Shown piece by piece: positions 56,975 through 64,000 of a DNA stretch of 64,000 bases (position 1 is the first letter of the stretch; each line of letters opens with the position of its first letter). The DNA comes from an uncultured Planctomycetaceae bacterium. Lineage in GTDB: Bacteria > Planctomycetota > Planctomycetia > Planctomycetales > Planctomycetaceae. The position numbers and the translations under genes are program-made. The stretch covers positions 1,280,001 to 1,344,000 of the forward strand of contig CAWFAK010000005.1 in the NCBI GenBank assembly GCA_963813715.1. Direction: 5' to 3'. Below the pieces are notes generated by a model. That model ran no database searches and had not been told where the DNA came from. It saw only the letters and a list, made by a program, of their open reading frames with translations.

Positions 56975-57238
56975 CGCCGGCAGAAAATTGATTTTGAGCC
57001 CTCGATTCGCCGCAACACCTTTTGCGAAATGCACTAATGAGAATTACGGCCGCTTCCATTCATCTGCGGCGCGAATTGCAATTTTTGCAAGTCCTACCAG
57101 CGCCCGCCGCCCGGCTTGCAAGTCTGACAAAATCGCTCGTCCGCGGGCAGCGAGCTCGTTCGTCATTTTAGCCCGTCATCGGTATGCTGAGTCTTCTGCG
57201 CAGTCAGCCCTTTCTCACCTGCCGAGCAACCACCCGCC

Positions 57239-58240
57239 ATGCCAGTCGCCCTGATCACGCCCGAGGAAATGATCCGGAATCCGGGTCCTGAGGCCCATAT
57301 CCTGCGAGACGCCGGATTCGAAGTCCGCTACCCGGCTGACACCACGTTCACACGCGGGCTGGGAACCGAAGAGGAGACGATTCGCACTGTTCGCGGCGCG
57401 AGTGCTCTGATCGCCGGCGGCGAGTGGCTCACCGAAAAGGTCTTTGCCGCGGTCCCCGAGCTGCGAGTCGTCGCCCGGGCCGGTGTCGGCTACGACCGTG
57501 TCGATGTGCCGGCGGCGACGCGCCACGGCGTAGCGGTGACGATTACCCCCACGGCCAACCACGCGTCGGTTGCGGAGCACACGCTGTCGCTGCTGTTCGG
57601 TATGTCGCGCCTAGTGGCCCTCAACGACCGCACGCTACGGGGCGGCCAATGGATTCGGCGGCTACTGCTCCCCGTCCGCGGGCGCACGATGGGCCTGGTC
57701 GGGCTGGGCCGCATTGGACGCAGCACGGCCGTCCGCTGTATCGCCCTGGGGATGAAAGTCATCGCTTACGAGGTCAAGCCGGACGCCGCGTTCGTGAAAC
57801 AGCACGGTATCGAGCTGGTCGGCTTCGACGGCCTGTTGAGTCAGTCCGACGTCGTCAGCCTGCACTGCCCGCTTTTGGACGAAACGCGGGGACTGATGAA
57901 TGCGGCCGCCTTCGCCAAAATGAAACCAGGCAGCCTGTTCATCAACACAGCCCGCGGCGGACTGGTCGTGGAGAAGGACTTGATCGCGGCCTTGCAATCG
58001 GGCCATCTCGGCGGGGCCGGGCTCGACGTCTTCGAGCAGGAGCCGCCCGACCCCCAGAATCCGCTGTTCAAAATGGATCAGGTGGTCGTCACTCCCCACA
58101 TCGGCGGAGGCGATACGCAGTCGGTCGCCGAGATGGGGGCCGAAGCCGCACACTGTGCCGTATCGCTGTATCGCGGTCAGTGGCCGGAAGGGGCGGTCGT
58201 TAACGATTCCCTCAGGAACGGCTGGCAGTGGGCTCGCTAG
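57239..58240 (+). CDS. D-2-hydroxyacid (phosphoglycerate-type) dehydrogenase
   Basis: RAGVGYD, GLGRIG, SLHCP, INTARG, LDVFEQEP, TPHIG. Confidence 0.92.
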   Translation: MPVALITPEEMIRNPGPEAHILRDAGFEVRYPADTTFTRGLGTEEETIRTVRGASALIAGGEWLTEKVFAAVPELRVVARAGVGYDRVDVPAATRHGVAVTITPTANHASVAEHTLSLLFGMSRLVALNDRTLRGGQWIRRLLLPVRGRTMGLVGLGRIGRSTAVRCIALGMKVIAYEVKPDAAFVKQHGIELVGFDGLLSQSDVVSLHCPLLDETRGLMNAAAFAKMKPGSLFINTARGGLVVEKDLIAALQSGHLGGAGLDVFEQEPPDPQNPLFKMDQVVVTPHIGGGDTQSVAEMGAEAAHCAVSLYRGQWPEGAVVNDSLRNGWQWAR

Positions 58241-58274
58241 TTCCGCTCCTTGCGTTGCTCCGCTGGGGATACCG

Positions 58275-60002
58275 ATGAAGAAGCTGTTGCTGGTGTGCTT
58301 TTTATGCTGCGCAGCACTCGGCCGCACGCTGGGCGGCCAACCAACCGATGACACACCGAAACTGGTTGTGGTCGTTAGCGTCGATCAATTCGCGTACGAA
58401 TACCTGGAACGCTTTCGTGCGGGGTTCGACGACAAGGGCATCTTTCGCCGCATCGAACGCGACGGAGCCTGGTACACAAACTGTCATCATCGCCACGGCG
58501 TGACGACGACCGCTCCCGGGCACTCGGTCCAGTTGACCGGGGCCTACCCCTCGACCAACGGCATCGTCGACAACGGTTGGCTCGATCGTGCGACCGGCAA
58601 GCAAGTCTATTGCGTGGCTGACCCCACAGCCCGGCTGATCGGCCCCGTGGCCGGCGATCAGCCTGTGTCGCCACGCAACCTGCTAGCCGACACGCTGGGC
58701 GATCGACTCAAGATCGTCACCGCGGGACGATCGAAAGTCTTCGGCCTGGCGATCAAGGATCGGGCCTCGATCTTGATGGCCGGGCACGCGGCCGACGGCG
58801 CGTTCTGGGTGAGCGAGAGCGGCCGCTGGATTACCACCAACTACTACCGCGACCAACTGCCCACTTATCTGCGCAGCTGGAATGATTCCGACGCGCCGCT
58901 GCGCTTCGGCGGAAAGACGTGGGAGCTGCTTTACGAACGCAGTCGATATCGGCACGCGGCGGGGGACGACACCTTCGGCGAGCGGCCGCTGCACGGGATG
59001 ACCGCCAGCTTTCCGCACAAGATTCCCGACGCTGGCGCGCGAAATTACGTGCGCTTCGTCGCCTATTCGCCCTTCGGTACGGAAATCACGCTCGAAGCGG
59101 CCCGGCTCGTCATCGCGGACGAAAAACTGGGACGGGATGAATTCCCCGACCTGTTGACCATCAATCTCTCCTCGAACGATTACGTCGGCCACACGTTCGG
59201 TCCGGAGAGCCTCGAGGTCGAGGATATGACCTATCGCACCGATCGGATGCTCGGCGAATTCGTTGATTTCATCAATGAGCGGTTGGAGGGACGGCCCTGG
59301 CTGTTTGTACTGACGGCCGACCACGGCGTCGCACCTATCCCGGAGCGCATGGACCGATTGAAATTCGCCGCCGTACGCGACCCGATCGTGGCCGACGGTA
59401 AGGAGCCAGGGACAACACACCAGATGCTCGAGGCCTATCTGCGCGAGAAGCTGGGCGTGAAGCCCGGCGGACCGGATCTCGTGGTGAGTGTAATTGAGAG
59501 CCAAATTTACCTGCGCAACGACCATCCGGCGCTGAAGGGATCGGCTTTCGTCGAGGCGCAGCGGCTGACGCGGGACTGGCTCTTGTCCCAGCAGCACGTC
59601 GCGGCGGCCATCACTCGCGAGCAGATTCTGTCCGGCGGTCTCAACGGGCCTCTCGAGACGGCGCTCCGACTTTCATTCCACCCTCGCCGCTCGGGCGACG
59701 TGCTCTTCTGCCTGGAACCGTACGACATCCAGGGCAACGTCGCCGCCACGCACGGCAGCCCCTGGGACTACGACACGCATGTCCCGCTTTTGGTGCTCGA
59801 ACAGGGTCACGCCGCACCCGCAGCCCGAGTCCCGGCCGGTGAATTCCGACGTCGGGTCAGTCCGGCCTGCATCGCGCCCACGCTCGCCGAGCTGATGCAC
59901 GTGCCGCCGCCGGGCGGCTGCGTGGAGGAGCCGTTGTTCGAGCTGTTGCCGCGACCTTCGCGCTCGCGCAACGAGCAAGGCGCGCCAAACCGAACTCGCT
60001 GA
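58275..60002 (+). CDS. PafA-like alkaline phosphatase family protein
   Basis: Signal peptide, SVDQ, TTAPGH, KDRAS, DYVGH.FGP, TADHG, THGSP. Confidence 0.92.
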   Translation: MKKLLLVCFLCCAALGRTLGGQPTDDTPKLVVVVSVDQFAYEYLERFRAGFDDKGIFRRIERDGAWYTNCHHRHGVTTTAPGHSVQLTGAYPSTNGIVDNGWLDRATGKQVYCVADPTARLIGPVAGDQPVSPRNLLADTLGDRLKIVTAGRSKVFGLAIKDRASILMAGHAADGAFWVSESGRWITTNYYRDQLPTYLRSWNDSDAPLRFGGKTWELLYERSRYRHAAGDDTFGERPLHGMTASFPHKIPDAGARNYVRFVAYSPFGTEITLEAARLVIADEKLGRDEFPDLLTINLSSNDYVGHTFGPESLEVEDMTYRTDRMLGEFVDFINERLEGRPWLFVLTADHGVAPIPERMDRLKFAAVRDPIVADGKEPGTTHQMLEAYLREKLGVKPGGPDLVVSVIESQIYLRNDHPALKGSAFVEAQRLTRDWLLSQQHVAAAITREQILSGGLNGPLETALRLSFHPRRSGDVLFCLEPYDIQGNVAATHGSPWDYDTHVPLLVLEQGHAAPAARVPAGEFRRRVSPACIAPTLAELMHVPPPGGCVEEPLFELLPRPSRSRNEQGAPNRTR

Positions 60003-60100
60003 AACAGCGGTCGTGGCTGTGGTTGTCGTAGCGGTGTTGCGGGGGATGATGAGCGGGAGAGGAGGTTGCTTGGGCCAGCCGTCGCCTGAGAAGCGTCGGC

Positions 60101-61058
60101 TTAGTTGCCCATCGATTGCGTAGCCGAGCCCCGCGCGATGCGGGTGATCTGATCGCCTTCAATGCGATATTGGGCCTTGCCGCGAGAGTCGACGTGCATC
60201 GTGTCGACTCGCCCTTCGATGCGCACCACGTCGCCGTCATGCAGCGTGGCCAGCTTGGGGCAGTCGACCAGGCGGAAGGCACCGCCGTAGTGATCGTGCC
60301 GATCCGGATGGCGCGAATAGATGATGTGCCACGACCGATCGTGTGTGTCGAAATCGACGAAGCCCTGCAGCCACGCGTAGCCGGTGCGGTCGTAATCGCA
60401 AGGGTCGCTCCCGTCGATGACGGGTCCCGGTCCCGAGCGGCCCGCGACGGCCACCAGTCCGTCGCGCTCGCGGCGCGGGCCTTCGATGGGACTCTCAAAC
60501 GTTTGCGGATCGACGGTGGCCACGGCATGCGACGGGCCGTCCAGTCGCTGCGGTATGGTCAGCTGAGCCCCCTTCTCGAAGGTTCCCGCCGAACCGTCAC
60601 CACCGAACGGACTGTTCGACTGGTTCGGTCGCGGAGCGGGACCGGCCGGCGCCATCTCCGGTGCAAGATCGCGCTCAATCGGCGTCGGCACGGGATTGTC
60701 GGCTGGCTTGCGGGCGCCCGAGTTGCCGAACGTGGGCGTCGGGTCATTGAAACTGCTGTTGCCCGGCGGCGTCGACGGCAGCGGACCAGGCGAGATTGGC
60801 GCCGGTGACGGCGTCAGAGGAGACGACGGAGACGGCTGCCAGGCCGGCGTGGGCGTCACGGCCGGGCCTAGCTGTGGCGAGGGGAAACTCGGGCCGGGCG
60901 TGACGATCGCGCCTCCTGGCGGCGGACCGTAGCCCGCTGGCGGCGCGTAGTAGCCCGGATAAGTGCCGTAGGTATAGTTCCCGGGATACATGCAGCCCGC
61001 TAACGCGAGCGGGGCTGCGGCGCAAAGTCGAGCGCCACATCCAGCGAGTGGAGTTCAT
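60101..61058 (-). CDS. Proline-rich putative lipoprotein with small C-terminal domain (frameshift ~61030)
   Basis: LALAGC lipobox in frame just before MYPG; Pro-rich linker; WLQG..WHIIY..D.YGG domain. Confidence 0.65.
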
Positions 61059-61331
61059 GGGTCGAGTTCCTTGCGAACGTCGAAACGAGAACGACGGGGG
61101 ATCGATCTCGAGCGGGGGATTTGACGGCGCCGTTTCGCCATCGGGTCGAACGGAGATGCAGGCACACGGCGCAGGCCTGCAATCCCACTTTCTGGCGGGC
61201 GGAATTCTAGGCATCCGCCCGATTGTGTCCAGACCGATTCCGGACCCCAGCCGGCATTTCCGCGGGCAAGGGAAGCCTGCGTGAATTCTTCGGCAGAAAC
61301 CGCCGAAACGCGAAAACTTTGGGCAATCCAG

Positions 61332-61892
61332 TCAAGCTGCAACGAGGCCCAATTCGGGCGCTATGGACTGCATGGCGCGAATGCAAAAGTCGATGTGCTC
61401 GTCGAGCTCGACTCCCAAGTCGAGCGCGCCTTGAGTGATGTCTTCGCGCTTGACGGCGGCGGCAAACGAGGCCTGCTTCATCTTCTTGCGAACGCTCTTC
61501 GCATCCAGCCCATCGAGACGTGTCGGGCGCACCAGTGCACACGCGGTGATGAAGCCGCACAGCTCGTCGCACGCGTACAGCGTCTTATCCAATTTGGAAA
61601 CGCGCGGGCAGTCGGGCAGATAGTCCGCGTGCGACTTGATGGCATAGATCACGTCGGCCGGGTACCCCCGCTCGGCGAGAATGGCCGAGCCTTTGAGCGG
61701 ATGATCGGGCGGATCGGGCCAACGCTCGTAGTCGAAATCGTGCAGCAGGCCGACGGAGCCCCACTTCTCCTCGTCTTCGCCGAACTTGCGGGCGTAGGCG
61801 CGAACCGCCACCTCGACCGCCAGCATGTGCCGCACCAGGTTCTCGTTCTTGGTGTAATCTCGAACTAAAGACAGATCAGCGTCGCGGCCCAC
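61332..61892 (-). CDS. HDIG/HD-domain metal-dependent phosphohydrolase
   Basis: RHMLAVE, GLLHDFDYE, AIKSH, ACDELCG; start taken at GTG 61892. Confidence 0.87.
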   Translation of the reverse strand: MGRDADLSLVRDYTKNENLVRHMLAVEVAVRAYARKFGEDEEKWGSVGLLHDFDYERWPDPPDHPLKGSAILAERGYPADVIYAIKSHADYLPDCPRVSKLDKTLYACDELCGFITACALVRPTRLDGLDAKSVRKKMKQASFAAAVKREDITQGALDLGVELDEHIDFCIRAMQSIAPELGLVAA

Positions 61893-62153
61893 AGCAGTCA
61901 GCTCCCTGATGAATTTCGATTGAAGGCCCAGCAGAACAGCAATCGCCTCGCCGATTGTAGTCACCGCAATTCGACGCGCGGAGCGTGTCCGCACAGGCTT
62001 GCGAGTCGGCGGCCCATGCGTCACAAGGGACCCATGCCTCAATTCGTAGCGTCTAATAACGGCGACCGAATCCGGCTCGGCGACATTCGGTCCGCTCGCC
62101 GCTCCGCCAAGTCGAGACGTCTCGCCGGGCCATTCAACGGCGTTTGGGCGTGG

Positions 62154-63149
62154 ATGGCGCGATTGCTGATTCTCCTGTCGCTCGTCGGGTGCACAGGATC
62201 AACTACAACGGAACCGAAAGCGGGCGCGCCGACAGAGACTTCAAACTCCGGCGAGAATTCCCCGATCCACGTGGAGTTGGCACTCAACTGGTTTCCCGAA
62301 GCCGAGCATGGCGGCTATTTCGCGGCGCTCGTGAAAGGCTATTACCGTGACGCCGGACTCGACGTGAAGATCCTCCCAGGGGCCGCAAGTTCGGCCGTCC
62401 TGCAGCGGGTGGCCCGCAACCAGGTCGCCTTCGGCGTCGAAAACGCCGACCGCATCCTGCTGGGGCGTGCGCAACAGGCCGACGTGATCGCCCTTCTGGC
62501 GCCGATTCAAAAGAGTCCCCGCGGCATCATGGTCCATGCTGACTCGGGATTCGCGAAGATCGCCGACATTGCCGACGTCACGCTCGCGGTCAACAGCGGC
62601 GCGCCGTGGGTCGCCTATTTGAAGGCTCGCGCCCCGCTCGCCAATGTCCGATTTGTCCCCTACCCCGGCAGCGTCGCCCGGTTTCTGGTCGACAGGAAGT
62701 ACGCTCAGCAAGCCTACGTGTTCAGCGAGCCCTACGTCGCCCGAGAAAAAGGGGCGGATGCTCGCTGCCTGCTCGTGGCCGACCTTGGCTTCAACCCTTA
62801 CACCAGCGTGCTCTTTACGAACGCGGAAACGCTCGCCACGCAACCGGAGGTTGTCGGCAAGTTCGTGTCGGCCTCACTCAAAGGCTGGCAGACGTACCTC
62901 GAGCGGCCCGAAGAAACCAACCGCTATCTCCAGGAAGTAAATCCCGAAATGACCCAGGGGATCCTCGAGTATGGCGTGCAGGCCCTGCGTCCGCTCTGCC
63001 TCGACGGTTTGCCCGGTTCCGCGGCGATCGGGCGGATGACGCTCGAACGTTGGCAAACGCTGGCCGGCCAACTTGTCGAGGTCGGAGCCTTGAAGTCGGA
63101 CGCCGTCGATCCACGGTCGGCGTTCACCACGAAATTCCTGCTGAAGTAG
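62154..63149 (+). CDS. NMT1/THI5-like ABC substrate-binding lipoprotein
   Basis: LVGC lipobox, LNWFPEAEHGG, GYYRDAGLDV, SEP, GFNPY; start uncertain. Confidence 0.88.
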   Translation: MARLLILLSLVGCTGSTTTEPKAGAPTETSNSGENSPIHVELALNWFPEAEHGGYFAALVKGYYRDAGLDVKILPGAASSAVLQRVARNQVAFGVENADRILLGRAQQADVIALLAPIQKSPRGIMVHADSGFAKIADIADVTLAVNSGAPWVAYLKARAPLANVRFVPYPGSVARFLVDRKYAQQAYVFSEPYVAREKGADARCLLVADLGFNPYTSVLFTNAETLATQPEVVGKFVSASLKGWQTYLERPEETNRYLQEVNPEMTQGILEYGVQALRPLCLDGLPGSAAIGRMTLERWQTLAGQLVEVGALKSDAVDPRSAFTTKFLLK

Positions 63150-63197
63150 CCGTTCTTGAGGCGCTCGAGCAAAGCCGTTCGCTCCGGCTAGGTCGCG

Positions 63198-64000
63198 CTA
63201 CTTGCCCATTCCCGGCATATCGCAGGAGAGGCCGCCGGCCGCCGGGACGTACGTGTGACGGACGTAGTCCATCACCATCCGGTCCGCGTTGAATCGCCAA
63301 CCCAGGGTGCGGACGGCCCGCTTCATCCGCGAGATCCATTTTTGCGGTAGATCGTCGGCGTCCCGTTCATAGAAGAGGGGAATCGCCTCGTGCACGAGGA
63401 CGTCGTACAGACTCTGCGCGTCGCGTTCGTCCTGGATGCTCTGATCGACGTGCGAGGTGCCGTTGCCGATCGCAAAACCGTTGTTGCCGTCGAAAGCTTC
63501 TGCCCACCAGCCGTCGAGGATCGAGCAGTTGAGACCGCCGTTGAGAACAACTTTTTGGCCGCTGGTTCCCGAGGCCTCGAGCGGGCGACGCGGCGTGTTG
63601 AGCCAGACGTCGACCCCCTGCACGATGTGCCGGCCCAGGTTGATGTCGTAATCCTCCAACACCACCACGCGTCCGATGAAGGGCTCGCTCTGGGACATGC
63701 GAAAGATTCGCTGTAAGAGCGCCTTCCCCTGATCGTCGGCCGGGTGAGCCTTGCCGGCGAAAATAAATTGCACCGGGCGATCCGCGTCAGTGAGGATCTT
63801 GGCGATGAGATCCAGATCGCGCATCACGAGGTCGGCCCGCTTGTACGGAGCGAATCGTCGCGCGAAGCCGATCGTCAGCGCCTCGGGTCGGAGACTCTGG
63901 CTCAATCTCTGCAAGATCGGGTCGTCGAGGCCCCGGCGTTCCCCCTGGGCCACCAGCCGCGTCCGCGCGTAAACGATCAGCCGGTTCTTGAGCGACTGGT
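63198..64000 (-). CDS. glgP: Alpha-glucan (glycogen) phosphorylase, C-terminal part
   Basis: [31 protein letters not shown]; runs off the window edge. Confidence 0.94.
   Translation of the reverse strand, partial: QSLKNRLIVYARTRLVAQGERRGLDDPILQRLSQSLRPEALTIGFARRFAPYKRADLVMRDLDLIAKILTDADRPVQFIFAGKAHPADDQGKALLQRIFRMSQSEPFIGRVVVLEDYDINLGRHIVQGVDVWLNTPRRPLEASGTSGQKVVLNGGLNCSILDGWWAEAFDGNNGFAIGNGTSHVDQSIQDERDAQSLYDVLVHEAIPLFYERDADDLPQKWISRMKRAVRTLGWRFNADRMVMDYVRHTYVPAAGGLSCDMPGMGK

Overview
GC-rich bacterial chromosomal segment, almost certainly Planctomycetota (inferred from DUF1501, DUF1549/DUF1553, PPC and DUF1559 prepilin-type genes). About 55 coding regions, mostly housekeeping: rpmE2-prfA-prmC, rlmI, dapF, yhaM-like, glpK, queC-queE-hpt, prkA-DUF444-spoVR, aroB-dprA, rsmE, hflX, partial glgP. 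About 20 genes, including prmC and dapF, are split by single-base indels; I read these as sequencing or assembly errors and give joined coordinates. No rRNA, tRNA, CRISPR array, transposase or integrase was recognised. Best leads: (1) candidate sigma54-driven, terminator-bounded ~190-nt structured sRNA upstream of hflX; (2) a voltage-sensor-only membrane protein with a C-terminal coiled coil and no pore; (3) a 1.78-kb amine-oxidase cassette flanked by a diverged 44-bp duplication of the DUF1501 gene 3' end; (4) an array of GTCCGGAC palindromes in 33-bp units; (5) an alkyltransferase-endonuclease V fusion in an operon with queC, queE and hpt; (6) a hidden remnant of a TMTC-like glycosyltransferase gene. 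All product calls come from motif recognition by eye; no database search was run.
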